From the NCBI RefSeq assembly GCF_006345805.1, contig NC_042999.1:173910001-173974000 (forward strand): a stretch of DNA of 64,000 nt. Reading direction: 5' to 3'. Shown one piece after another: positions 14,201 to 27,207 of the stretch. The stretch is from Octopus sinensis (lineage: Eukaryota). The translations under genes and the position numbers were made by a program. Every line of letters begins with the position of its first letter. Positions within the stretch are counted from its first letter, which is position 1. The notes beneath the pieces are model-generated. The model was not told the DNA's origin. It searched no databases and saw only the letters and a list, made by a program, of their open reading frames with translations.

Positions 14201-14358
14201 CGCAGGAATGGCTGTGTGGTAAGTAGTTTGCTTACCAACCACATGGTTCCGGGTTCATTCCCATTGCTTGGCAACTTGGGCAAATGTCTTCTACTATAGC
14301 CTTGGGCCGACCAAAGCCTTGTGAGTGGATTTGGTAGACGGAAACTGAAAGAAGCCCG

Positions 14359-14408
<50 letters not shown>

Positions 14409-14600
14409 TCTCCCCAAAATCGCTTGACAACCGATGCTGGTGTGTTTACGTCCTCGTAAATTAGCGGTTCGTCAAGAGAGACCGATAGAATAAGTACTAG
14501 GCTTACAAAGAATAAGTCCTGGGGGCGCTTTGCTCGACTAAAGGCACTGCTCCAGCAAATGACTGAAACAAGTAAAAGAGAAAAAAGAGAAAAGAGAATA
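14201..14600 (+). mobile_element. SINE family B, full length
   Basis: GCAGGAATGGCTGTGTGGTAAG head, CCGGGTTCATTCCC B-box, CTTGGGCAAATGTCTT CORE-like block, internal (AT)(GT)n, AAAAGAG tail. Confidence 0.92.
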
Positions 14601-15399
14601 TATCTATATATATATGTTTACATAAAGAATATATTATAATTAAAAGGTGTAATTATAAATAACTGAAACAAATATCAACTTAAGTATCTTATTGCATCAC
14701 ATCTTATCATATATACCTGCAGAGAGCTTTCATACTCTGCGACTCATAGCATGTCATACCAGTATATGCTAAGCTAAATAGGAATGCAAAATATAAAAAT
14801 TCGATACTATATAGAAATTTAACAATATACGGTAAAAATAAAGCATAAAGCATAAGAAATTAATCAGAAAAATATACAAAGATAAGAAATCAAATTAATT
14901 AGAATTAATAAAAATATTAATAAGAAAAATATATAAAGATAGGAGATCAAAATTAAAAACAAAAAATAAAAAAAGAGATAATATGTATGCAAATAATGAG
15001 GATAGTTTAAGGTATTTCTACCAAAGTAGATTAAGGTGTAGGTAAATTACGATGAGGATATCAATTGGATACGGTTTTATAAATTATCATGTTACAGGTA
15101 CTATTGTATGCGTGACTGTATTGTTCTTAGGGGGTGTAAGATTTATTCAATGCTCATAACTCACTATATATAGGATGTAATCAGACTAAACATGCAGGCG
15201 TTACCGGAGAGTAATATTACGTATAATACATCATATAACACAATACATAGTATATAATATATATAATGTAATACATTATAGTATATAATATCCTACACTA
15301 GATGGTAAATTATAAAGTATACGACGTCCGAAGCTAATTGCTACCATCAAATCCAAAGTATGATGAGTATATTATTTGTTACGTAAATATTTAAATGTG

Positions 15400-17458
15400 C
15401 GGGTGATACTATGCACGCATGAAGAGCGAAAATCCGCAGTACGAGTTTCATACAACCGACCGCTAGTCGGTGCTGAGCTCACACACATTCTCCCAACGAG
15501 AGCAGTCTTCGCTCGCTCAGTTCACGTGCTTATCTCGTTGTGACAACATCCCTGTTATATTTTTCCTAATGTTTATGTTTAGTTTTGTGCATATCTTGCT
15601 ATTATTTTATAATAATTACTTGTGTTAGCCATGGGTTCTAAGAATTTTAGTGCAAAGGATAGCGTTGAAAAGAAGAAAAAGCTGATTACGATAGAAGTGA
15701 AGAAGGAAATCATTAATAAACATGAAAGGGGAGCGCGTGTAGTAGACATAACACGTTAATACAATCGAAGCACGTCGACGATTTGCACTATCCTGAAGAA
15801 AAAGGGCGATATCAAGGTCCTTACAACAGCAAAGGGTGTCATCAGAGTCTCTAAACAACGCACATATGTCCACGAAAGGATGGGAAAATTGCTTCTCCTG
15901 TGGATCAATGAGAAGTAATTTGCAGCGGATATGATTACGGAGACTATCATCTGCAAGAAAGGATGAGCGCTGTATGAGTATCTTCTGAAGCAGAACCCAG
16001 GAACATTGACGTAGAAGACATCAGCAAACGTATTGAAGGTCAGTCGCAGCTGGTTAGATAATTTCAAGGACAGGACAGGCGTTCATAGCGCCGTCAGATA
16101 TGGAAAAGCAGCGAACTCTGACACGAAGGCAGTTGAAGATTTCGTGCGTGAATTCCGTCAGTTCATCTCAGCCGAGGGGTATATCACGCAGCAGGTATTC
16201 AACTGCGACGAAACTGACCTTTTGGGGGAAAAATACCCAGAACCTACATAACTCCAGAGGAGAAGAAAATGACAGGCCAGAACTCTATGAAAGATAAGCT
16301 AAGTCCCGTCCCTTGTGCCAATGCGAGTGGAGACTTGAAGATTAAACAGCTTCTTGTCTACATTTTCGAAAATCTACGAGTATTCAAGTCGCACAAGATC
16401 CTGAAGGAGAAGCTGCAGGTCATGTGGAGGGCAAATGTTAAAGCTTGGGTCGCCAGGCAATTCTTCTCCGAGTGGGTCAACCTTGTCTTCGGACCAGCAC
16501 TGAAAAAGTATCTTCTGGAGAATAATCTTCCTCTCAAGGTCCTTCTCATCCTCGACTATTCTCCTGCTCACTCTCATAACCTTGAAGATGATATTCTGGA
16601 CGAATTTAAATTTATAAAAGTTATGTACCTTTCACGCAACACTACCCCTATCTTGCAGTCAATGGGGCAAAGGTGATTTCAAATTTTAGGAATTTGTACC
16701 CCAAACACCTGTTTCGTCGGTGCTTTGAAGTCAACGAAAATACAATCTAACCCTTTGTGAGTTTTGAAGGGGGCACTACAACATTGTAAACTGCCTGCCT
16801 GAAAATCATCGATATAGCCTGGCAGTGTAGTGGAGGACAGTGTAGCGGAGAATGCTATCTCTACGAGGGACATAAAGTCAGTGTTGGCAAAGTGGCATTA
16901 TGTTTCTGAATTTGTAGAAATATGTCACTCTAAAACTGTAGCTACAAGTCGTGCAGCTGCTTTTCGTATCATTTTGAAAGGCAGGAAAAAGCAGACTTCT
17001 CTTGATATGTTTCTAATGAAAGGACCTGGGAGTATAAAAATTGAAGAAAGTGTATCCAAAAAGCCTAAATTAAGCGAAGGGAGAGAGAAAACACCAGAAT
17101 TTGTTTTTCATGAAGTCTTAACGATTCTCCACCCAAATAGTAATCCCCCTCCTCCTCCCCGCTTTATCGTCCCATTCTGTTAATAAAACCAGTAATTCAG
17201 TTAATAAAACCAGTTTGCATATTCTTTATGCATTCTCTTTTTTATAATTGTCATTTTACTTGTAACTACATCTTTTCCGTTTTAAAACCCATAAAAGATA
17301 ATTTGGGGCGGGTTTTGGTTTTTTTGGTGGGGGCTGAAGGGATTACTTATGTTTTACATAATTTCAATGGGGTAAAATTGATTTGTAAAAAGAGTAAAAC
17401 GGAAAACGACCTCGGGGTCATGGAACGAATTAAACATGTACTGCGAGGTATCACTGTA
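15400..17458 (+). mobile_element. Tigger/pogo DNA transposon fossil
   Basis: Right TIR ..ATGTACTGCGAGGTATCACTG followed by TA; the left TIR is only weakly recognisable near 15400. Confidence 0.8.
15631..17075 (+). pseudogene. Tigger/TIGD1-like transposase (CENP-B HTH + DDE_1), disrupted
   Basis: ITIEVKKEII, SRSWLDNFKDR, QQVFNCDET, CANASGDLK, MWRANVKAWV, LLILDYSPAH, NTTPILQ; multiple stops and frameshifts. Confidence 0.9.
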
Positions 17459-17492
17459 CACACACACACCACACACAACACACACCACACAC

Positions 17493-17548
<56 letters not shown>

Positions 17549-17757
17549 ACGCACTGTATATTCCTCCTGCACTTCTTCATTACGGAGCAGGAGGATACAC
17601 TTTGCCGGAAAGGATCGCTGAAGATGTCATAATTGTGTGACGAAAATGTCGAAACAATGGACACAGATAAAATGAGAACAGTAATAAACGAGTGAAGAAC
17701 GAATATATAGTGCGTGTGTTTATTTAACAAAAGCAAAATGACCATCCCGAAATATAG

Positions 17758-17788
<31 letters not shown>

Positions 17789-17895
17789 ACGGGAAGGTTT
17801 ACGAAACTAAACAAAAGACGAAGGCAGGTGGAGTACTAACAAACAAATGTATTAGTATGACGCTCAGGAATAGAAATAAAACAGGTCTTTTACGT
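17789..17895 (-). mobile_element. Penelope-like terminal repeat fragment (family 1)
   Basis: Inverted homolog of ~3925-4030; begins at (AT)n. Confidence 0.6.
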
Positions 17896-18226
17896 TATAT
17901 ATATGCCAAGCACAAGCAAACTAGACAAAATCGTATTCAAAGCTTACTGGTAGAAGTTAATAATAATTAAATCTAATATTTTTCAACATAGTTATTTTAA
18001 GTTTCTATTTAACGTTCTCTAGTTAATAAAAAACACTCTCAGTAACGACGGTGCAAATGTATATTCTTATATTACAAGCAATAATTTCATGTACAAATTT
18101 ATAATTTATTTATATTCTTTAATCTAATCCTTATCGCAAAATCGAATAGCCATTATCTTATCTGATACATCTGTCCTGCTGATGCTTCGTGGAAGAAGAA
18201 TTATCTCGGAAACAAAGGATACACTA

Positions 18227-20194
18227 ATGGAGATGGAAAATATATTTGAATGATGGATCAACATTGATATCTATTTTGAAAGGTGCAATAGGTGAGGTTT
18301 CACACTGAATGATAGCTAACAAGTCTGCAAAATATCAGTAAACCACATTCACTTTTTGTATCTTAAACTGATGCCGGAAAAATATAACCGAATCGATGGT
18401 ACCGATGGACACATACACCTCTAAATTGCTGGCCTTGTACCAAAAATAAGAAACCATTATTTATATTAAGAGTTAGACATTACACATTTATTCTTGGTAG
18501 AAAAACTGAGTGAAGAACGGGTTACAATTAGGAGAGTTTTATTACCTCGTGTCGTGTGTAGAAGAAAACTGGATTTTTACATTATTAGTTAACAAAAGCG
18601 CAATGAGCTTCTTATCCTTGGCCTTTAATCCCCTTAATTGGTGAGTTTAGAAGCAACAGAGTGTATTATTATGCAAAAAAGAATTCGTATTTATCGAATA
18701 TCTGCATTGCATGTTCAGTTAATTGGTACCTAATAGTGAACATTATGTCTGGAAGAATGTAGATGGAAACCAATTGTCAAAACATCGGAATTTCTGATGT
18801 TAACGGATTAGTAACGACTGCTATGCAGTCAGCGTTTATTTACATCATAAATACATGTTTACGTTACATGTTAGAACTGTCTACATGTTTATGTTACAGT
18901 TAGAACTGAATTGGCAATTACAATAATACTGACATGGAAAATATATCATTTTCCTCTGAAATGAGATAAAGTTTTACATAGGCGTAGGAGTTGCTGTGTG
19001 GTAAGTAGCATGCTTACCAACCACATGGTTCCGGGTTCAGTCCCACTGCGTAACACTTTGGGCAAGTGTTTTGTGAGTGGATTTGGTAGACGGAAACTGA
19101 AAGAAGCCCGTCGTATATATGTATATATTTATATATGTGTTTGTATATGTCTGTATTTGTGTCCCCCCCCCAGCATCGCTTGACAACCGATGCTGGTGTG
19201 TTTACGTCCCCGTCACTTAGCGGTTCGGCAGGAGAGACCGATAGAATAAGTACTAGGCTTACAAATAATAAGTCCTGGGGTCGATTTGCTCGACTAAAGG
19301 TGGTGCTCCAGCATGGTCGCAATCAAATGGCTGAAACAAATAAAAGACTAAAAGAATATAACAGAAAATTAGCTTTACAAATATTTATATTGCTATTATG
19401 GTTTCCGACATAAGATAAGTAAGATAAGGGCAGACATTTTGCTGAAGGATTATAATCAGTTAGTTTGATCCTCAAAGCTTAATTAGTCTATTTTCATAGA
19501 CACCACAGAGATTTCTAAACGGGTAGAACTAAATATCGCATTTTCCCATCGTTTGCCCATCCATTAGTATCAGCAATATCTTTAACCTTAAGTCATTTTA
19601 CAAAAACAATTTTTGATATTTTCTGAAAATACCTTTGATACAAAGTAATAAATCTTCCACTGATTTTTTTTTCTTAATATTGTTTATTTTTTTTCAGTTA
19701 TTTTCTGCCATTTCATAACGTTGAAGAAGTTAGTATTGGTGATACCATAATGGGCATTACCCTTAGTAATCTCACTAGCTTCCAGATGTCTTCGAAGAAT
19801 ACATTTACATAGTTTATTGTTCCCTAATATAGCGCTATAAAGCTAGCCCCCACATCTGAAGAAACATAACAACAGAATACATATATGGTGTGTACTTCAA
19901 GTGGAGCGGTTCAACCAGAGGTAAGAGTTTTAATACACAGTACCGATGACGGGATAAGAAACTTTGAGAGTTGTCTTTATAGACAATCGACTGAATCTTG
20001 AAATTATTTTACATATAAACATTAATACCCTAGATGTTAGGCCAAATTTGACGTTATCTTTATGTTTATTATGCAGCCTAACTTCTAGAAAACTTGATAA
20101 AGAAACAATTTGTGAAGTAGAAACCAAGTTTTTGTGGTAGAATATGTATTTGTGTGTGTGTGAATGTATGTATATATATGTAAATATGCGCACG

Positions 20195-20227
<33 letters not shown>

Positions 20228-20259
20228 GTATGTATCATATTATATAGATACACATACAG

Positions 20260-20322
<63 letters not shown>

Positions 20323-21863
20323 CATATATATGTACGTGGGCGTGTATGTGTGTGTATCAATGTTTAAATCTTTGTACATACGTATATCTGTATGCATTTT
20401 CCCATTTAATGTACCAAAGCATGCGAGGAGTGGTGGTGTTTTACTGGGAAAGGACAGTGATTTATACAGACTGTTTACTTTTGAAAGAAATTTACTGAAA
20501 GACTTTATCTAAAACTGTCAAATACACATGCCATTATTGAATTTAGCTTTCGAAACATATCTGTCAACATGTCTTGGTGAAACTTAAATGCTCAGTTGGG
20601 ATTCAGTAAGCCTTTAACTGCTTCAAGTGAAGTATGTTTTTATATCGCATTGTGGAATCTATTCTTCAAATATTTCTGATAATAAATATTCCGAATTTTG
20701 TTTTGTTCCAAATCTATTCAGCGATTCCTCATTATTATTGAAAATCTCTAGACACGTTATGCTGCAAAAAATGCGAATATTATCTCCAGTGGTAATGGCG
20801 AAAAGTGTACGAATAAATAAGTAAATGAATATTGAGTGTTATATCGTGAAGTTATATATGCAATTATCTCCAGATAAACTGTGTCTTCGGTAAATGCTAT
20901 TGGCCAATCTATATCTTGTGAATAGAAGGATATTAAATTTCCTTCCATAACGAGTTTAGCAAATGTTTATTTTCTCTAATCGATCAAACGTCTTATCAAA
21001 AACACAGAGAACTTTGTGAATTGAATTCTAAAAGTCCTAGAAGGTTCGGTTTAAGGCTATTCATATGGGATATATAACTGTCACTTTCATAGAATACAAA
21101 TAATTGTTTGCAAATCGAGGGGAGAAAGAATTTCTGAACCTGTTCCAATGAGTATGCATGTGTTTGTGGGCAAATGGGTGAGGCTATTTCCGTATAAATA
21201 TTTAATAAGCGGTTATATCAATCATTCATTGTTTATTCTTCTTATGCAAGTTTGCATAATAGACTCAATTCTTCCCCTAAACATGATTGGATCTGTCAGT
21301 TAACAAATAATTAGTGCAATTGCCTTTAAGAGGTATGGTATTTATATATTTCTCAACACCTTTGATTAGTTAAAGACAACGAAAATAGATATAATCTAGA
21401 ATTGAAAACGGAACTCCTCCATCTTAGTAGATAATTAAGTTACACTTACCGGATATATGCACGTCTTGAAGAGATCTCACCATGAATTTTATTGTAAGAA
21501 CACCGCTGAGATAATCCGTCTTCATGCTGTGTACCAAGAACAGTTCGACTTAGTGAAGCCTAAATTTTTGCAAATGAAGCCAACAGAAAGAGCGACCTGT
21601 GGAAACTAATAATGCACTCCCTAATTATATAGTACTGCCTCTCCTGCTAAACATATAGATTCACATCCCAAAACACTCTACAGGTAAGTATGTAAGTATG
21701 TATACAAATATACGTATGTATATTTATTTATATATGTACACACACACGTACATATATATATGTACACAAATATAGATATACATATATGTATATTCATACA
21801 TGTGACACTATATGTATGGGTTCATGTATGTATATACATATGAGTATATATGTACGTATATAC

Positions 21864-21936
<73 letters not shown>

Positions 21937-22530
21937 TAGGTGTTTGTGTGTGTGTAGTTCAAGTTTACAGAAAACAAGAGACAAAGACAGGTGAAGGAAC
22001 AACAAGCATGTTTATTAGTTTGACGCTCGGGAAGCATGGAAACGTCTCTTACGTATCGATTCAATGCTCTTCGACACAAAGATTTAAGAGGGACAAAAAA
22101 TGGAGAGCGAACTAAAAATGTGTAGGAATTAATGGTTCAACATGATGAAATGGCCCGAAAATATATTATACATACATACATATATATATATTAATTCTCA
22201 TATATATATATTAATTCTCGTATATTTTCTCGTCAATACGCTTGGTGTAAAAATATCTATAAATCATAGACAAGCGAGATAACTCACGGCAGGTCCTGAA
22301 AATTTTTCTGTGATATCTACAATTTCTCTAAATTTTCTCTTATGTCGATACGAAGTAGCTCGAGGTATACAAACACAATCGAACACACATACACAGGTAC
22401 ATGTGTTGTTAGTTCGTGTGTCGGTTGTAGTCTTTAGGCGTAAGAGAATATATTCCGACCCACGAACTAACAACGCATATACAAAGCGTATGTGTTCGAT
22501 TTTGTATACAATTAAATTCAGAGAGTGACA
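18227..22530 (+). pseudogene. Candidate decayed multi-exon cadherin-repeat gene
   Basis: Phase-compatible candidate exons 18227-18291, 19698-19920 and 20488-21683 with AG/GT sites (donors AG|GTGAGG, AG|GTAAGA, AG|GTAAGT). Cadherin-like remnants: EEVSIGDTI..YMVCTSSG, LLLKSLD, VNEY*VLYREVIYA..IGQSI, RYNLEL/ENGTPP. Many stops and frameshifts. Confidence 0.45.
18979..19357 (+). mobile_element. SINE family B (CORE region partly deleted)
   Basis: Homologous to 14201-14600. Confidence 0.9.
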
Positions 22531-22579
22531 CACTAATTGTACATGTAAGACAACTTGACATAGTCATATGTACTACATA

Positions 22580-23950
22580 TCACCCACCAGATGCCCCAAA
22601 TCAGTTGCTGGCCCTGATGGATTCCCAGTAATTCTTCTCAAGTCATGCAAACGAGTTCTTGCAAAATCACTGCAACTTCTTTTTCAGAGATTACCCGCAT
22701 ATGGTAAGCTCCCGGACAAACTAAAGGCGGAAATAATATGGCCTATACATAAAGGAGAAAGCAGAGGAGGCTTATTTCTCTGACCTCAAACATCAGCAAA
22801 GTTATCAAAGGAATGGTCCGAAGGAATTTAACTGCATTCCTTGAAGAGAATGATTTGCTGACACCAAGCACGTTTTCCGACCAAGTAGAAGCTGCCTGGC
22901 ACAGTTCTTGCAGCATTACGACTGGGTGCTAAAGCAGCTGCTCAACAACTCAAATGTTGACGAGATATACATCGACTTTACAAAAGCCTTTGACAGAGTG
23001 GACCATGGTATGATTTGTCACGAGCTGCACAATCTTGGCATAGTCGGAAAACTTACAGAATGGCTAAATGTATTTCTAAAAGATAGAATTCAGGTAGTGA
23101 TGGCCAACGAGGCCACCTCCAAAGAAATACAAATCATGAGTGATCTTCTGACATTCCCTTAAATGCTCAAGTAGCCACCTTTGCTTGCTATGCAGACGAC
23201 ACAAATGTCTCTCAAAGGATACAGAACACTGGGGACGTGAGTTGGAAGCATTATACAGCTGGGTTGAGGAAAATAACTCACAGTTTCATTCCGAACCCTT
23301 CGCTATAAACATATGAGGGATTGCAATTCCTGAATCAAAATCAGTGCGTTACTTGTGCATAGACATGAGTAATGATGCATCTTTCCAGATGCATATTACT
23401 AAGTTGGCAATAAAATGCAGATGCTTGGCTGGATGGATCATTCGAACTTTTGAGATGAGAGAAAGGGAAGCCATGATAGTCCTCATCCGTCTGGATCACC
23501 AAACAGTGTAAAATTATCGACGACGATCCAGTGAAGCTACACAAAGAAGATCGACACAATGCGACATATCAGCTACTGGGAGAGACTGAAAGAGCTAAGA
23601 CTCTATTTCTTAGAACAAAGGCGGGAAATATGTGCAGTAATATACATCTGGAAAATCCTAGAAGAAATTGTACCAGACATTGGCATTGTAAGTTGCACAA
23701 AAGAGCGGGGTACCAATGCATAGTATCAAAGATCCTAACACCTGGGTACAGGACCAGATACTACTTGGCTTCAAAGGCCCACAGTTCTTCAATATCATCC
23801 CACAAAGCATAAGAGACCTGCATAGTGTGGATGTCGGCGTTTTCAAAACAAAACTGGATCTCCTTCTATCAAGAGATCCGGATAAACCTACCTCAAAGCA
23901 AGAAGTACAGATGCGAGCTACAAGGTCAAACTCTCTCATTCACCAAATGT
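22580..23950 (+). mobile_element. CR1-like LINE RT fragment with 3' end, degenerate
   Basis: AGPDGFP, IYIDFTKAFDRVDHG, YADDT, GPQFFNIIP..LDLLL..PDKP, RSNSLIHQ. Confidence 0.85.
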
Positions 23951-24053
23951 GACATATCAGACGAAGTTTCCTGAAAGTGTAGCAAATCAAAAGGCGGTAC
24001 CGTAGTCCTAGGACTGAAACTAAAATGGAACACATACACACACACACACACAT

Positions 24054-24090
<37 letters not shown>

Positions 24091-24099
<9 letters not shown>

Positions 24100-24460
24100 A
24101 TTCGAGACAAAACCACTATTTTGCAAAACAAACAATAGATTATATATAGGTTATATATATTTATATTTTTCATTGATAATTTTATTATTTTAAACTTATA
24201 TTTTAATATTTTGATATTTTAGATCGAAAATCCACCTGACGAATTTCATTGAAGACATGAAACGATTGTAGTGGCGGTTTATTTCTTTATATTAAAAATT
24301 TTTATGTATTGATTAAGTCTTTCCTTGTTTGTTTTGCAAAATAGTGGTTTTGTCTCGAATTATATTATATAATATTTTTCTATAAAATTGGATTTAATCC
24401 TAAATCTGATTTTTCCCTGTAAATTTGGATTTATTCCCTAATATTTATTATTATATATAT
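24091..24460 (+). mobile_element. Penelope-like terminus (family 3) with inverted partial copy
   Basis: 45-bp perfect inverted repeat 24091-24135/24325-24369 around a hammerhead; tail homologous to 46790-46895; (AT)n on both sides. Confidence 0.7.
24232..24274 (+). ncRNA. Type I hammerhead ribozyme, canonical core
   Basis: CCAC-CTGACGA-ATTTC/ATTGAA/GACAT-GAAA-C/GATT/GT-A-GTGG; one mismatch in stem II, GUA triplet. Confidence 0.75.
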
Positions 24461-24470
24461 ATATATATAT

Positions 24471-24653
24471 TCTTTATTCTTTTTCTTTTATTCTTTTATT
24501 TGTTTCAGTCACTTGACTGCGGCCATACTGGATCACCGCCTTTAGCTGAGCAAATCGATCCCAGGACGTAATCTTTGTAAGCCTAGTACTTATTCTATCG
24601 GTCTGTCTTACCGAACTGCTAAGTTACGGGCACGTAAACACACCAGCATCGGC
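24471..24653 (-). mobile_element. SINE family B, 3' part
   Basis: Reverse complement matches 14425-14600. Confidence 0.85.
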
Positions 24654-24789
24654 TTGAACTTTTACTCCCTGCCTGTCTGTCTTCCTCTCTACCTGTCTCT
24701 CTCCTTATTTTTCACCCTTTTTGGTTTCTTTTCCTCTCTCTCTCTCTCACTGCTCCCCCTCCTCCTCTCTCTCTCTCTCTCTCTCTCAC

Positions 24790-25300
24790 TTCTCCTCCTC
24801 TCTCTGGTCGCTAACTGGAGAGCTACCAACTTTCTTTCTGCTCGCTGCTTTCAACAAGGCTTCCTCGGCTTCCATCGGCTTTCTTCTGTCTTCCGCAAGC
24901 CGATCTTCAACATGCGTTCTAACGAATTTTTCCACCGTCTAGGCTTTAAAAAAACCCTTATTTTTGGTTTCCATGTCCTGTCTTTTACTGTTTTTATCTT
25001 TATTTGTACTGTTTTTTCTTCATTTGTATTTCATCTACGTCCTGTTCGTGTCACTTTTTTTACCCCTCCGCAAAAAAAATTTATTTAATTCATTTTGCGG
25101 GAAGGGCTACTTCGGCCGGATCGTGTTCTGCCCTTACCTTCGAAACACGCATTGAGTCGAAACAGGGGCAGCTGAAGAAGGGGAATGTTCCTTGCGTTGG
25201 TTGTCTTGTACTCTGTTTTCTCGTTGTTAAAAAAAATGTCCGTTTCCTTGTTTGGTTTTATGTTTTCGTTTCTCGTTGTGTTCTACGTTTATTTGTGGTG
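24790..25300 (-). mobile_element. Possible L1/Tx1 ORF1 fragment
   Basis: Charged coding-like text (VEKFVRTHVEDRLAEDRRKPMEAEEALLKAASRKKVGSSP) in a non-microsatellite block; the family call is a guess. Confidence 0.3.
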
Positions 25301-25309
25301 TCCTGTACT

Positions 25310-25418
25310 CATATATGCATGTATATATACATATAGATGTAGGTATGTAAATATATGTATGTATGCATATGTTTTATTTATCAAATTGTTATTATATATA
25401 TATATGCATGTATGTATA

Positions 25419-25473
<55 letters not shown>

Positions 25474-25481
25474 GTATGTAT

Positions 25482-25538
<57 letters not shown>

Positions 25539-25554
25539 CATATATGTATATATA

Positions 25555-25644
<90 letters not shown>

Positions 25645-25665
25645 GTATGTATGTATGTATGTATT
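25310..25665. repeat. Long interrupted (AT)n/(CA)n microsatellite
   Basis: Seen directly. Confidence 0.97.
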
Positions 25666-25959
25666 CAGATTGTCGTTGTTTCCTTCATTTTTCATAGAAA
25701 TCAAAATCAATTTACAAAACTTGCAGGTTTGAAATGTTATCAAAGAGGAAGCCTGTCTTGCCGATATACCAGAAGTTGTAATTTATGTGTTGAGAGAAAG
25801 AAAAATGAAGACATTTCAAAACCGTTAAAAATTTGTTTTCTTAAATAATTTAATAAAGGAAAATTAAAAACAATACTAAGATTAAAAAGTAAATGAAATA
25901 CAAGGAAAATGTTAAGTAAACTTTAAACAGGAAAAATAAGAAAAATCTTCTATTGTTCT

Positions 25960-26290
25960 AACGAAATGTTCTCAAGTGTATGAAATTAGAAAATGGACAA
26001 GGTCATCTCTGTTGTTCACCTGTCTGTGTAGGAGCTTCTAGCCTTGTATCTCTGTGCTAGTATGCTCGCCAAAATTAGTTGCTTATAGGTGTTACTGATA
26101 GAACAGAATATCGTGAGTACCGCAGGGTACAATATATATAGAATTGGCAGTCATTTCTCCATTCGCAGAGCACCGAAAGCCCACAGTTTGAACCGTCTTA
26201 CCCGGTTCTATTTGGTTTCCGAGAACATTGTTTTGTGAATTTCGGCAAATATTTCCGGACCACCAACCTTTAATGGTTTCTGATGTAGGT
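25960..26290 (-). mobile_element. Possible Merlin (IS1016/ISXO2-like) transposase fragment
   Basis: [31 protein letters not shown] resembles the Merlin motif KIGGPG..VEIDES.F..RKYNRGR..WVFG. Confidence 0.45.
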
Positions 26291-26309
26291 CGTCTAGTCA
26301 TAGCTACAC

Positions 26310-26436
<127 letters not shown>

Positions 26437-26959
26437 TGTGTAAGGCTGTGTTAACTCGCTCTTGTGTTTAATTCCCTAGATAAATTTATAAATTTAAAAC
26501 AATAAAAACAGAAAATTTTAGAAATAAATTGGTTTCGGCTACTAGAACCCCAACGGTACAAAAGTTGCATGATCTAGTTCATTGGTCCATTCCGTTCACC
26601 AGTCTCTATGCTCGCAATAAAATTTTTCATTTAAAGCAATAATGAGTGTGTGTGAGTGTATGCGCGCGTGCGAGCTATGTGTGTTTGTGTGTGTCTGTGT
26701 GTGCTAATGAGTATTGATTTGTTTTGCGTAATTGTGAGTTCAATTTCTTTATGGGTCAGAATTTTCAGTTGAATGTTTCCGGTATATTACTTGTACTTAT
26801 CGATGGGAAATTTGAAGTCAGTTTTATACACCGCAAGACAAGAGTAAAAGCGATCTCAAATGTTTCAGATATCTACTAAGTATTGTCTATTGCTTTTGGC
26901 TACAAGGAGAAAATGGTACCTGAGAATGATGAAAGTATATATATATATATATATGTATA

Positions 26960-27162
26960 TTATGTGACCGCGTGTGTATCGTTGGCGATTTTTTTCCTCC
27001 GTCTTCCCTTCCTTGAATCTTTCCTTATTCTATGTTTCTGACGAAGAGCTCCACTCTAAACGTTAAATCCTCCTTCTTTCTTTCCTTTCCTGAACGTCCA
27101 ATAACACTATACTTGTTCCACGTCCTCGCGTTGTTGTCTCTTTGTGTTTTCATGTTTGGATT

Positions 27163-27165
<3 letters not shown>
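26960..27165 (+). mobile_element. Penelope-like terminus (family 2) with mutated hammerhead at 27034-27068
   Basis: Homologous to 49612-49795 and 59820-60030; GTTT-CTGACGA-A-GAGC/TCC/ACTC-TAAA-CGTT-AAAT. Confidence 0.7.

Positions 27166-27207
<42 letters not shown>

Noticed and set aside
20560-20960. TIR-domain-like reading on the minus strand
   Set aside because: Only scattered resemblance; the plus strand gives cadherin motifs in the right order with matching splice phases.
25138-25171. 34-nt minus-strand micro-exon (TTCTTCAG|...AAG|GTAAGG)
   Set aside because: Good splice signals, but no partner exons and it lies in probable LINE-derived DNA.
26092-26301. 69-aa minus ORF with an internal G|GTAAGA donor
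   Set aside because: An overlapping frame fits a Merlin-like transposase better.
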